Notes under the pieces: generated by a model
Databases searched by the model: none
Told to the model about the DNA's origin: nothing
What the model saw: the letters and a program-made list of their open reading frames with translations, nothing else
DNA from: Promethearchaeota archaeon
Lineage (GTDB): Archaea > Asgardarchaeota > Lokiarchaeia > Sigyniarchaeales > SOKP01
Direction: 5' to 3'
Length of the DNA stretch: 38,330 nucleotides
Assembly (NCBI GenBank): GCA_048940645.1
Contig: JBHLOI010000035.1
Span: 1 to 38,330, forward strand
Translations under genes and position numbers: made by a program
In this document: positions 28,499-38,135 of the stretch, piece by piece
Layout of the letters: every line of letters starts with the position of its first letter
Position numbering within the stretch: the first letter of the stretch is position 1

Positions 28499-28954
28499 AT
28501 GGGGATATTAGATCAAGAAAAACTTAGAGACATTCCAGGATGGGAAAAAAATGCACCAATTCATATTTGTATGAATGCTGATTATCGAGGATTGACATTT
28601 TGTTGTAAACCAGGGCATTCACTAACATTTGGCTTTAAATGCAAAAGAGATCAAATTCTTGATGAGATCGGAATGACCTCACAGGAATTTATTAAGGTTA
28701 AAGAGGAATTTTCAAAAGAAAATCAATGGAATTCAGATTTAGTATGTTTTGGATCACTTTCCTACTGTTGTATGCGAAGAGGAGGCTGCCCAAGAAGAGA
28801 TCCTGCTTTAGAGTTAAGATATCCTAATAAAACAAAGGAGGAGAGGATGAGATTATACTTTCAAAAGAAGAAAGAGTTAGCAAAAAGAATTTTAGAAGCT
28901 GTAAATGATTCAAAAGGAAGAGAGAAAGTTAAGCCATATTTAAAATTTTTATAA
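28499..28954 (+). CDS. Methanogenesis marker 9 domain protein (stand-alone Cys-rich domain)
   Basis: WEKNAPIHIC...RGLTFCCKP, CFGSLSYCC and CPRRD motifs. Confidence 0.75.
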   Translation: MGILDQEKLRDIPGWEKNAPIHICMNADYRGLTFCCKPGHSLTFGFKCKRDQILDEIGMTSQEFIKVKEEFSKENQWNSDLVCFGSLSYCCMRRGGCPRRDPALELRYPNKTKEERMRLYFQKKKELAKRILEAVNDSKGREKVKPYLKFL

Positions 28955-28976
28955 ACTTCATTTTTATTAAGGTAAA

Positions 28977-29936
28977 ATGATAATTTCAATAACTCATGAG
29001 CATGATTTAGATGGGTTAGGATCTCAAGCAATTATAAAAAGATATTTTGATTTCCTTTATACTGGAGAAAAGGAAGAATTTAAGCAATACTTTGCTCATT
29101 ATTTGGATTTTGTTGAAAAAGTGAAAAAAATCTTAAGTGCAGAATATCTCCCTTCTCAATTAATTATTACAGATATTGGCTTTAACGAGGATTTTAAAGA
29201 ACTATTCCCAAAATTGGAAGAAGCAAAAAACAAAGGCTGTAGGATACTATGGTTCGACCATCATTTAGTTAGTAATGAGATTAAAGAAAAAATTAAAGAT
29301 TTCACATATCTTTATATGAATGATCCCTTGAGTTGTGCTGCTGAAATAGTTAAAGATTATTTTTTGCCAAATGACTTAATTGCTATAAAAATAGCAGAAT
29401 TAGCGAGGGATTCAGATTTTAAAACTAATAAATTTCAATTCGCTGATGATTTACAATTAATTATTGGATATAATCGTGGTGATACTAAATATCAAGAAAA
29501 ACTTAAATTAGTTTCCTTATTATCTAGGGGAGGTTTTGAAGAGCCCTGGTTTAGTACTCAATTAAAGGAGTTAAAAAGTTGGTTTAATGAAGAATCAATA
29601 TTTGCCATAAATCAAGCTAAAATTGTTAATATAAAGGATTTTGGGGATTTGGCTATTTCATTTGCAAGAATTAGTGGAGGAAAAATTACTGATCTGCTCA
29701 AAAAAAAATTTCCAAAAATGAGAGCTTATATAGGAATCGATACGAGATTTAATGAAATAATTATAAATAGCGAATACATTAATTGTAGAGACTTTGCCGT
29801 TGAATTTAATGGTGGAGGCCATAAATCAAGGGCAGGATTTAAGTATAAATCTCCTTTTACAGAGAAAGGAGTTTTAAATCAACAATTTATTCAAGATATT
29901 AAACAGAAATTTATCAAATTTAAAACTAAATACTGA
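28977..29936 (+). CDS. DHH-family phosphoesterase
   Basis: THEHDLDG, ITDI, WFDHH, CAAE and GGGH motifs. Confidence 0.88.
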   Translation: MIISITHEHDLDGLGSQAIIKRYFDFLYTGEKEEFKQYFAHYLDFVEKVKKILSAEYLPSQLIITDIGFNEDFKELFPKLEEAKNKGCRILWFDHHLVSNEIKEKIKDFTYLYMNDPLSCAAEIVKDYFLPNDLIAIKIAELARDSDFKTNKFQFADDLQLIIGYNRGDTKYQEKLKLVSLLSRGGFEEPWFSTQLKELKSWFNEESIFAINQAKIVNIKDFGDLAISFARISGGKITDLLKKKFPKMRAYIGIDTRFNEIIINSEYINCRDFAVEFNGGGHKSRAGFKYKSPFTEKGVLNQQFIQDIKQKFIKFKTKY

Positions 29937-29997
29937 TGAATAAATTAAGATATTACCAAGGGATATATTGAAAAAATATTTAGATATTTCAATTAAA

Positions 29998-30034
29998 TCG
30001 TGAAAGATGCGTTTCACGAATTTCTTATTTTTTT
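29998..30034 (+). terminator. Hairpin TCGTGAAA-N6-TTTCACGA followed by a T-rich tract (terminator or operator)
   Basis: Perfect 8-bp inverted repeat at 29998-30019, about 60 nt after the DHH stop. Confidence 0.4.
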
Positions 30035-30090
30035 CAAAAAATGATAAAACGCAAATTTTTTAAATAACAAAGGCTAAAATAACAATTAAT

Positions 30091-30234
30091 ATGCAGTGGG
30101 AAAAAGTTCTATCACACGGACGCAGAGAAGACTTATATATCTATAAAGTTTTAACGCCTCATAATGAAACTGCTGATGACGACAAAAAAATCTTAAAGAA
30201 TATTCTTTTAGTAGAAGTCGGTAGAAAGAGTTAG
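30091..30234 (+). CDS. Candidate 47-aa small protein
   Basis: ATG...TAG, MQWEKVLSHGRREDLYIYKVLTPHNETADDDKKILKNILLVEVGRKS; TTTTTAAATA about 30 nt upstream; converges on hsp20. Confidence 0.35.
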   Translation: MQWEKVLSHGRREDLYIYKVLTPHNETADDDKKILKNILLVEVGRKS

Positions 30235-30243
30235 GATTAGGGT

Positions 30244-30897
30244 TTAATCTCCAATTTCAATATTTGTCGCTTTTTCATCAATTCTTTTTAATTTAATTTC
30301 AAGTATCCCATTAACATATCGTGCTTTAGCGTAATCAGAATTGATTGGCGAAGGCAATTTTACTTCCTTAAAATATTTTCTTTTTGATTCTGGTTTAGTT
30401 GATATTGTTAAAGAGCGTGTTGTTGCTTTTAAAACTATATCGTCTCTAGTAACACCAGGCATTTCTGCTATTACTATAAGGTGATTTTCATCTTGATTAA
30501 CTTCTACTAATGGTTCTCTTCTCTTTTTCACCTTTGTTTTACCAGTGTAAGATTCGGGCTTTATTGTGCCAAATGAATCAACAATTGGTTTTCCATCTGG
30601 TCCAGACGTTATATTAAAACCATACATTATTGGTTCTTTAAAAAATTTCGATCGATTTTTCCAAATCTCTCTTCTAAATTCCTCTGGAGAGAGATCTTGT
30701 ATATCTTTAGGTAAATTTTTGGATATTTGCTTAAAAATCTCTTTAAAGATATGTTGAAATTGTTCTGGATTAACGAATTTACTAATATCTAAGTCTTTAA
30801 AAATTTTTTTTGGGTCACCAAACAATTTGAATAGATCGATTGGATCCTCATAATCATCTTCTTCATCCTCGTCTTCATCTCTATCTTTTGGTGGCAT
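30244..30897 (-). CDS. hsp20: Archaeal Hsp20 small heat-shock protein
   Basis: YGFNITSGPDGKP, REPLVEV, IAEMPGV and ARYVNGILEIKL motifs; ATG 30897 preferred. Confidence 0.92.
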   Translation of the reverse strand: MPPKDRDEDEDEEDDYEDPIDLFKLFGDPKKIFKDLDISKFVNPEQFQHIFKEIFKQISKNLPKDIQDLSPEEFRREIWKNRSKFFKEPIMYGFNITSGPDGKPIVDSFGTIKPESYTGKTKVKKRREPLVEVNQDENHLIVIAEMPGVTRDDIVLKATTRSLTISTKPESKRKYFKEVKLPSPINSDYAKARYVNGILEIKLKRIDEKATNIEIGD

Positions 30898-31087
30898 GAA
30901 CTTACAACTCACTTACATATCTATAGATATTATATTCAATTAAATTTTTAAATTTGAATTTAAATATAAATACATAAAGTTAAAAAGTTAATAGCTTATA
31001 TTCTAGAAAAAATTGTTTAGATTAATAAAGTTATTCCAAATAAAAATTTTGTAATTTTATATTAAAAATATTTGAGAGTGGATTGTT

Positions 31088-32899
31088 ATTTATTCTGATT
31101 TAGATGAGGATGAGAAGGAACTTTATCTTGATGTTTTGCGAGAGGCACCTTTATTACCTTTTTCTAATTTCGTATCGCGTGGGGACATTCCAGACCGGAT
31201 CGATATTGCAAGACCAAGAAGTTATATTGATCGTGAAGTTTATCGGCTTGTTCGTCAAACTTATAGAGATAAGTCATCACGATTAATACCCATTTTAGGA
31301 TCAGCTGGTACGGGTAAAACACACGCGTATCATTCCTTTAAAGATAAAGAACGAGAAAATAGAAAAAAGTTAGAACAGGTTACTGAAGAAGAAGAAATCG
31401 AAGTTAGTCAATTAGAACCTGTAGATTGGAGTATTGTCTATGTTCCTAGCCCTCCAGCAAGCATTAGAGTCTTGTTACATGTATATACCTGTATGATTGA
31501 AGAATTAGGTGCTGAAATTCTTGATGTTGTCTCAGAAAGATTAGTAAAGGAGAAATGGGGTGGTAAGAAAGGAGGAATCTTTCAAAAACCTAAAATTGAT
31601 GAAGTTATTCAGAAAGGAATAAGAGAATTTCCTGGTGTTTTTGCAGATTGTGTAAAAGCATTAGTATTATACCAACTAGATAAAAATAAAAAGGCTTTAG
31701 CAGAAAGATGGCTGCTTGGTGAAGATTTAGAAGATGATGAATTAAATGAATTAGGCATCAACAGTGTTGTTGAGGAAGATGATGTTTGTTTAGCCATGAT
31801 TAAAATCATCACAGATAACTTAGATAGAGTTCTTATTCTCTATTTTGATGAACTTGAATCACCATATCGTATGCTTGGTGAAACAGCTGAGCAAAAATTT
31901 CTAGAAATCTTAAAAAGATTATATAATGAAGTTAAAGGACTAGTTATTACCATTGCTGTTTTAAAAGAAATATGGCCTCGGATTTTAGAAATAGCAGATC
32001 CACCTTTACGTTCAAGAATGGAACCTGAACAAGATTTAAAGCCATTCAGCTTAAATGATTTAAAGATCTTCTATTCAAGGACTATGGAGGCTTTTTGGGA
32101 CAATAATAATTTAAATCCTCCGCTTTATCCATTGTTTCCTATAAATGAAAAAATAATAGAAATGATCTATGAAAAGACGCAAGGAAATCCAAGAAATTCC
32201 ATAAAACTTTGCAGGAGATTCATCGATAAAGTAGTGATGGAAGAGATGACTATAGAAGAATTAATGAAAGCTGGTTCAGAAATAGTTGCTTCCCCTAGGC
32301 CCCCAACCAGGGAAGCAGAAGAGGAAGTAATCGACTTTTCAAAACCAAGAGAAGTTGTTAAAAAAACCATAGAAGAAATTTTAGCAGAAGAAGAATATGC
32401 GATAGATGTTAATCCTTCATCTGTAGCTGGAGCTGCACTAAAAAGTATTATCAAGGTAGGGGAAGAAAAAGGTATAAAATTCAAAACACAAATGGAATTT
32501 AAATTTAAGTTAGGCAAAAGAAGCCAAACTTTAGCAGCTCTGATTGACACAAAAGACAAAAAATGGGGTTTAGAAATCCCATCAATAAAAACTTTTGATA
32601 GAAGTGCAGGGGTTGCAGGTTATTATGCTGCAAAACGATTGAAAGATGCAATTGATGAAAATGCTATTGATGCTGCAATTTTAATAGTGCCAACAGGAAG
32701 TAGTGGAGCTAAATTTGAAATGATATTGGAAAATAATCAAAACATCCGAAAAGTAGAGATCAATAATGAGTTAGGAGAACAATTAATTGCTAATGCATTA
32801 TCTTATCCTACTAAGGAAGGATGGAATATTGCAAAAATTATATTTCCAGATATTGGAGACTATAAACCTCCTGAGGAGGAAACCCCTTCAGAAGACTAA
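31088..32899 (+). CDS. AAA+ P-loop ATPase with helical insert and uncharacterised C-terminal alpha/beta domain
   Basis: Walker A GSAGTGKT, Walker B LILYFDELE, LRSRM (Arg finger) and GNPRN (sensor 2). The frame is open upstream of TTG 31136 to a TGA at 31073, so the start is uncertain. Confidence 0.82.
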   Translation: MYSDLDEDEKELYLDVLREAPLLPFSNFVSRGDIPDRIDIARPRSYIDREVYRLVRQTYRDKSSRLIPILGSAGTGKTHAYHSFKDKERENRKKLEQVTEEEEIEVSQLEPVDWSIVYVPSPPASIRVLLHVYTCMIEELGAEILDVVSERLVKEKWGGKKGGIFQKPKIDEVIQKGIREFPGVFADCVKALVLYQLDKNKKALAERWLLGEDLEDDELNELGINSVVEEDDVCLAMIKIITDNLDRVLILYFDELESPYRMLGETAEQKFLEILKRLYNEVKGLVITIAVLKEIWPRILEIADPPLRSRMEPEQDLKPFSLNDLKIFYSRTMEAFWDNNNLNPPLYPLFPINEKIIEMIYEKTQGNPRNSIKLCRRFIDKVVMEEMTIEELMKAGSEIVASPRPPTREAEEEVIDFSKPREVVKKTIEEILAEEEYAIDVNPSSVAGAALKSIIKVGEEKGIKFKTQMEFKFKLGKRSQTLAALIDTKDKKWGLEIPSIKTFDRSAGVAGYYAAKRLKDAIDENAIDAAILIVPTGSSGAKFEMILENNQNIRKVEINNELGEQLIANALSYPTKEGWNIAKIIFPDIGDYKPPEEETPSED

Positions 32900-32959
32900 G
32901 AAAGTTAATCTAAGAATATTAGTGTTTTTCTACTTTTTAATATTTTATTCTCTTATTAG

Positions 32960-33886
32960 TTAAAAATTTTCGAAGAAATCTTTAAATTTCTTATCCATGC
33001 TAAATAACTCTTTTGCTAATTGATCAGCCCTTTTAAGTTCATTAGACATCTGGATTAATGATTCAGATAATTCTTGTTCTTCAAATGAATTTGATATATT
33101 AATTAACTTATTTACTGGTTTAATTAGTTCATGATATAAATGTAGTTTATTTTGGTGCAATAATTCAATGAGCTTCTCAATGTCTTTAAGCAATACTTCT
33201 TTCTCTTTCATTAAGTCAGGGAATTTTACAATTTGTTCTGCTTTATTTTCTAAAAAAGACTTAATTTCAGTCTCTTGAATGACTTCTGCTAATTCTGCTG
33301 CTTTTAAAAAGCTTTTCATTGCTTTTTTATATAATTTTTCATGTAGCAGTTGCTCTGCAAGTTTAATTTCATCAGATAGCTTTTCAGGGATTTCTTCACC
33401 AAGATTAATTAATTCTCTTGCTTCTTGCAGTTTACCATTATCAATCATCTTTTTAGTTTTCTCATCAATAGTATCCTTAACCAAAGCAGGTTGCTTTAAT
33501 TTTTCCATCAGTGAGAAGATAGAATTCAATTCATCTTTAAGTAACTCTTCCATTTTCGCCCTATCTTTAGAGAAGTTTTGCACTATTTTTTCAGAAATCT
33601 GGTTTACAATACTTTTTAAAGACACTAAATCTTCTTCTTCTTTCAGAATAAAAGCTATAAATAAATTATCTTTTTCGATAGATTTTGCATCAATCTTACT
33701 TGAAAAATACCTTAAATCATTTTGATGTACTGATGCATTCATAAATTCTTTATCAATATGGTTCTCTGTAAATTCTTTTAAAATTTCCGATGAAATTTTA
33801 CTTACTTGGGATAAATAATATTCTGCAATTAGGTTAGGTCCAAAAGATTCATCTATCTCATATAGAATAATTCCAACAGGCGACAT
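32960..33886 (-). CDS. Longin/uDENN-like N-terminal domain plus helical C-terminal region
   Basis: GIILYEIDESFGPNLIAEY resembles the longin/uDENN beta-hairpin (hhhhxxFDxxxGP); AGGAGG Shine-Dalgarno upstream. Confidence 0.6.
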   Translation of the reverse strand: MSPVGIILYEIDESFGPNLIAEYYLSQVSKISSEILKEFTENHIDKEFMNASVHQNDLRYFSSKIDAKSIEKDNLFIAFILKEEEDLVSLKSIVNQISEKIVQNFSKDRAKMEELLKDELNSIFSLMEKLKQPALVKDTIDEKTKKMIDNGKLQEARELINLGEEIPEKLSDEIKLAEQLLHEKLYKKAMKSFLKAAELAEVIQETEIKSFLENKAEQIVKFPDLMKEKEVLLKDIEKLIELLHQNKLHLYHELIKPVNKLINISNSFEEQELSESLIQMSNELKRADQLAKELFSMDKKFKDFFENF

Positions 33887-34072
33887 TTTTTTACCTCCTT
33901 ATATCTTACGAAATTGATATTTAATATTTAATAGTTAATTAGCATTTAATTAAAAATTTTTATACCATCTTAATTATTTAGTTAATAGTTAGTTAATAGT
34001 CAAACTTCATTAGATTTTAAAATTTGAGAAAATTAGGAATAAAAGATCGAGTTTTGAGTGAAAATTTAATAT

Positions 34073-34756
34073 TTACTTTTTATATTTAAAAACTTCTTCT
34101 CCTTTCATTGAGTCAATTGAGAGTCCTTTTTTATATCTTGCATATTTTTCAAATTTTTCCTCAAATAAAATATCAATTTCATCTAAGGGTAAATCCGCAT
34201 GAACACCCCTATCTTTTAAATATTCACCAAAACGGTTCCCATTATCATCATAAGGGGGAAAGACCGCATCATTTTCCCCATCAAATTCAACCATTGGAAG
34301 GAAGCCTCCTTTTATCGCCGTAGCTTCATCAAAGGAAGGAGTCAATTTTATCCATCTGTTATTCAAATAAAATTCGCTATAACCGTGATAATACATAACA
34401 TTATGTCCCATAAACTCAATGACTCTTTGGGAAACTTTATGATTTATTAAGTCTACTAAATGAATTCGGGCTGGAATTCCAACTGCTCTGGCAAATGAGG
34501 ATAATAAAATGGATTTAGAAACGCAGAAACCATTTTTTCTACGTAAAGTAACACTTGCTTTAAAGTTGGATTTTACATTGGGTATGTAAGTTGCCATATT
34601 ATATTTAATTTCATTTCTTACCCAGTAAAATAAAGCGATTGCTTTCTCTTTATCTGTTTCTAAACCTCTTGTAATTTCCAAGGCTTTATTTTTAACGATT
34701 TTTTTGTCAAAATCATGAAATTCAGTCGGTTGAAGATATATTGAGAAATCCTCCAT
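34073..34756 (-). CDS. Transglutaminase-like domain protein
   Basis: YLQPTEFHD, GFCVSKSILL...RAVGIPAR, HGYSE and WIKLTPSFD motifs. ATG 34756 avoids overlap with AOR. Confidence 0.88.
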   Translation of the reverse strand: MEDFSIYLQPTEFHDFDKKIVKNKALEITRGLETDKEKAIALFYWVRNEIKYNMATYIPNVKSNFKASVTLRRKNGFCVSKSILLSSFARAVGIPARIHLVDLINHKVSQRVIEFMGHNVMYYHGYSEFYLNNRWIKLTPSFDEATAIKGGFLPMVEFDGENDAVFPPYDDNGNRFGEYLKDRGVHADLPLDEIDILFEEKFEKYARYKKGLSIDSMKGEEVFKYKK

Positions 34757-34809
34757 GATTAGAAAAAAATAAGATTGCTTTATAATTTTTTTATTAAAAA
34801 AGGTTTGAA

Positions 34810-36660
34810 TTAAATTCCTAATTCTTCTAATTTTTCTTTTGTTGGCCGTCCAGTTTCCCAGTCCCAACCCCTTATTTCATAGTACTTTCTAAGGTTTTCG
34901 TCTAATTCAAGTTTATTTCCAGCAGTACCACCATATGGAATAGGGTTTGTATTAATTTTTGTTAAGTGATCATCGTCTCTTGTAACTCCTAGTTTACAAG
35001 AAATTAACCTTTTAACACTATTTGCTCTCTCTCCTGCTTTCAACATCCTTCTTTTGTTTCCCAGGCTTTTAAAGCCAGTAGCCGCTTGAAATATTTTTGT
35101 AAGATGAGGAATATTTACGTATGGTTTATTACAAATGACTGCAGAATCATATAAGTTAGCTAAATCTTGCATATTAATAACATCTTTTTCTCTACCGTTT
35201 ATATCAAATCTATCTGCTTTTTTTATACCTGTAATATTAACACCATTGCCATCAATATGATAAAACTCTCCTTTTTCATGGCTCGCACCGCAGCAACATG
35301 TCATATAAGAAAGTGCTTGACCATTATAAGCTCTGGGGTCATGCATAGGCATTTCCAATCCTTTAACATGGGCTGCTAGTTCAGGATCCACTTCAAGCTC
35401 CTCTGCCATGATTTTCACTCCTTTAGATAGCAATTTACCTATACCTTCTGTCTTGGAAATTTTCTCTACGAGTTTTACGGTTAAATCACCATTTCCCCAT
35501 TTAATATCTTCTAAGTTGATATCCGAAAGATATTTTTTGATATTATCAATAGCAATTTTATTTTCAACAAGATATATTAAGAAAGCAATTGATACACCCG
35601 CCGAAATAGTGTCAATTCCATAAATATTACATAGATGATTCGCTTCTAAAATGGGTTCCCATTCAAAATTACCGCATAATGGACCAAATGACGCAAGTGT
35701 TTCATATTCAGGACCATCAATTTCTAACTCATTCCCATCTTTTTCATATATCGTAGTTCTTCCGCACCCTATAGTACATCCCGCACAATAGTAATTTAAA
35801 ACAGGAAAATTCTCCTTTAACGATCTTCCTGTAAGTTTTTCCGCGATAAATTCAGATTGTGTAAAGTAATACGCAGGAACATCTCCAATTACCATTCCCA
35901 TATCAGTATAACATGCCGTTCCATAATGGGACTGGAATTGCACAGCAAAAGAGGCTTCTATCCCTGCTCTAGCTGATGTAACCGATTTTTTCATCTGCTC
36001 AAAATCATCATATTCAATTTTGTTAGTACCCCTTATTGCAATAGCTTTTAGTTTCCTATGACCCATCAGTGCTCCAAATCCGCATCTACCTGCGGCTCTT
36101 CCTTCATCATTGATAATACAGGCATACTTTACTAAATTTTCCCCACCCTTTCCGATACATGCGACCCGAATCTTCTCATCCCTGAGCTCATTTGTTATAG
36201 CATCAATTGTTTCATATGTGCCTTTTCCCCAAATATTCTCAGCACTCTTAAATTCTATAGTTCCATTATCTATAATCAAATATATAGGTTTTTCTGAATC
36301 TCCAGTTATTATGATCGCATCAAATCCACTTTTTCTTAAGGCAATTGGAAATTGACCTCCTGAAGTTGATTCTCCCCACAATTTAGTAAGTGGGGAAATT
36401 CCAGCAACTGAATATCTTCCGCTTGAAGGCGTTATTGAGCCGGTAAGCGGTCCAGTAGCGAAGATTAATGGATTGATACTGGCATAAGGATTTTTTTTCA
36501 ATATTTCATAATCTTCATCAGCTAATAGATCGTAAGTAAGTTTTGCGGATAAACCAACACCACCAACAAAATTTTCAGCGTCTATGGGATTAAGTTCCTT
36601 TATTTCAACTTTTTTGGAATCTAAATCAATATAGACAATTTTACCATTATATCCTAACAT
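34810..36660 (-). CDS. aor: Aldehyde:ferredoxin oxidoreductase (tungstopterin family)
   Basis: ATGPLTG, SPLT, AAGRCGFGALMG, CAGCTIGC, GPEYET, GIDTIS, HVKGLEMPMHDPR and YYEIRGW motifs. Confidence 0.93.
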   Translation of the reverse strand: MLGYNGKIVYIDLDSKKVEIKELNPIDAENFVGGVGLSAKLTYDLLADEDYEILKKNPYASINPLIFATGPLTGSITPSSGRYSVAGISPLTKLWGESTSGGQFPIALRKSGFDAIIITGDSEKPIYLIIDNGTIEFKSAENIWGKGTYETIDAITNELRDEKIRVACIGKGGENLVKYACIINDEGRAAGRCGFGALMGHRKLKAIAIRGTNKIEYDDFEQMKKSVTSARAGIEASFAVQFQSHYGTACYTDMGMVIGDVPAYYFTQSEFIAEKLTGRSLKENFPVLNYYCAGCTIGCGRTTIYEKDGNELEIDGPEYETLASFGPLCGNFEWEPILEANHLCNIYGIDTISAGVSIAFLIYLVENKIAIDNIKKYLSDINLEDIKWGNGDLTVKLVEKISKTEGIGKLLSKGVKIMAEELEVDPELAAHVKGLEMPMHDPRAYNGQALSYMTCCCGASHEKGEFYHIDGNGVNITGIKKADRFDINGREKDVINMQDLANLYDSAVICNKPYVNIPHLTKIFQAATGFKSLGNKRRMLKAGERANSVKRLISCKLGVTRDDDHLTKINTNPIPYGGTAGNKLELDENLRKYYEIRGWDWETGRPTKEKLEELGI

Positions 36661-36682
36661 TTCTCTCCTCTGATTTTATTTA

Positions 36683-37996
36683 TCACATATAATATAATTC
36701 CATTAAATCGTCTATTTTATTTTCATATATGATTTCAAATATTTTACTAATCTGAGGCTTGTCTAAATATCGTGAAGAAAAAAGAGTATCAACATCATTA
36801 AAAGCATTATTAATCAACTGACTTATTTTATTCATATATTCTTCCCGAGAGATCTTTGGTTTCTCAAGTTGATAAATAGAAAGTGGACATTGAACTTCTT
36901 TCAGAAACTCTTGAATTTTTCTCAATAATTCATTTAAAATTCGATCATTTGCTTTCTTATTTACTTCAACTCCGAAAATTTTTGCTATATCTAGAAATCT
37001 ATCCGTTACTTTTGCTTGGTATGCAACAGAAGCGCATATGAATAATCCTACCGCTACACCATGATGGACATGGAAAATACCTCCAAAAGAATGACCTAAA
37101 CTATGTTCTATACCTGCAGAACCTGTATTTATAAATCCCAATCCAGCAATATAAGCGGCCAATTGCATTTTTTCTCGGGCTTCGATATCATTTCTCCTTT
37201 TTACTGCCCGAGGCAGAAATTCTAAGATCATTTCTATTGCTTTAATGTTATGCATATCCGTATAAGGAGTACTTCCATATAAAACATATGATCCAATTGA
37301 ATGCGCCAAAGCATCTATCCCAGTACCCATTGTTAAATAAGGTGGCATGGTTTTAGTAAATTCAGGGTTTAAAACTACTATATCAGGACAGAATTCATAT
37401 AGCGGAACAGCTACTTTTTTTGGAGGATCCCTTCTTGTATCTGTGACCATCGCATTAAAGGAGGCCTCTGCTCCTGTTCCACTTGTTGTAGGTATAGCAG
37501 CTAAAAAGTGAACTTTTTTGCGTAAACCCAAGTATGAAGGCATCATCATCGTATTAACATTCACTAACGGCTGTTCATAATAAAGGAGAATTATTTTTGC
37601 CATATCTATAGCAGAACCACCCCCTATCGCTATAATTGTTTTAGGGTCATATTCCTTGCATATCTCAACAGCTTGCATTACCGATTTTAAAGGCACTTCA
37701 GGAATTACATTATCAAAAATACGAGTATCAATCGCTCTCAGGCTTTTTAATTGATTTGCAACTTTTTCACCTAATCTTCTCAGTTCTGGATCTACGATAA
37801 TTAAAACTCGCTTCTCATCAGGATTTAAAAAAGCACCTAATAAAATTATAAAATCATTTAGACTATTCGTTCCAGTAAATGTATACTTAGGAGACACAAT
37901 AGCACAGTGATATCCACGCATTGCATTACTAGATGCCTTTAAATATAAATTCCTGAAGTTCGGATCTTCATACCAACTAATCTCTCTTTTTGACAT
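36683..37996 (-). CDS. Iron-containing alcohol dehydrogenase
   Basis: GGGSAID, PTTSGTGAE, DALAH, HSLGH and HHG motifs; GAGGT Shine-Dalgarno. Confidence 0.92.
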   Translation of the reverse strand: MSKREISWYEDPNFRNLYLKASSNAMRGYHCAIVSPKYTFTGTNSLNDFIILLGAFLNPDEKRVLIIVDPELRRLGEKVANQLKSLRAIDTRIFDNVIPEVPLKSVMQAVEICKEYDPKTIIAIGGGSAIDMAKIILLYYEQPLVNVNTMMMPSYLGLRKKVHFLAAIPTTSGTGAEASFNAMVTDTRRDPPKKVAVPLYEFCPDIVVLNPEFTKTMPPYLTMGTGIDALAHSIGSYVLYGSTPYTDMHNIKAIEMILEFLPRAVKRRNDIEAREKMQLAAYIAGLGFINTGSAGIEHSLGHSFGGIFHVHHGVAVGLFICASVAYQAKVTDRFLDIAKIFGVEVNKKANDRILNELLRKIQEFLKEVQCPLSIYQLEKPKISREEYMNKISQLINNAFNDVDTLFSSRYLDKPQISKIFEIIYENKIDDLMELYYM

Positions 37997-38011
37997 CTTT
38001 TTACCTCAACT

Positions 38012-38040
38012 AAAAATTTCCTTATAAGGGATAAATTTTT
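38012..38040. promoter_or_regulatory. Palindrome CCTTATAAGG flanked by AAAAATTT/AAATTTTT upstream of adh-aor
   Basis: Perfect 10-bp palindrome at 38020-38029, about 25 nt upstream of the ADH start. Confidence 0.35.
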
Positions 38041-38135
38041 TGTAATTTATAATAGTATCCTTGAATTAAATGCAAAACTAGATAGAAATAGAAAAAATAC
38101 AGATTCAAGCAAAAAAATAAAATATGCGATAAAGA

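Noticed and set aside
30170-30225. Possible SECIS-like element (ATGA CGAC...GTCG) after the TGA-terminated DHH gene
   Set aside because: Helix II and the 3' GA quartet do not form properly, and no ORF here shows a convincing in-frame Sec TGA.
28380-30240. Integrated element at the tRNA 3' end
   Set aside because: No integrase and no duplicated tRNA 3' end were seen in the window.
31088-32899. BREX or other defence system
   Set aside because: Only a weak resemblance in one ATPase; no pglZ, pglX, methylase, helicase or other partner genes are present.
34757-34867. Extended N-terminus of the transglutaminase-like ORF overlapping aor
   Set aside because: Family-like sequence starts at ATG 34756; the extension is incidental open frame.
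165-36355. Numerous 60-150 aa antisense or overlapping ORFs in the track (e.g. 165-521, 10187-10546, 32167-32559, 33279-33725)
   Set aside because: They are shadows of well-supported genes on the other strand or frame and carry no motifs.
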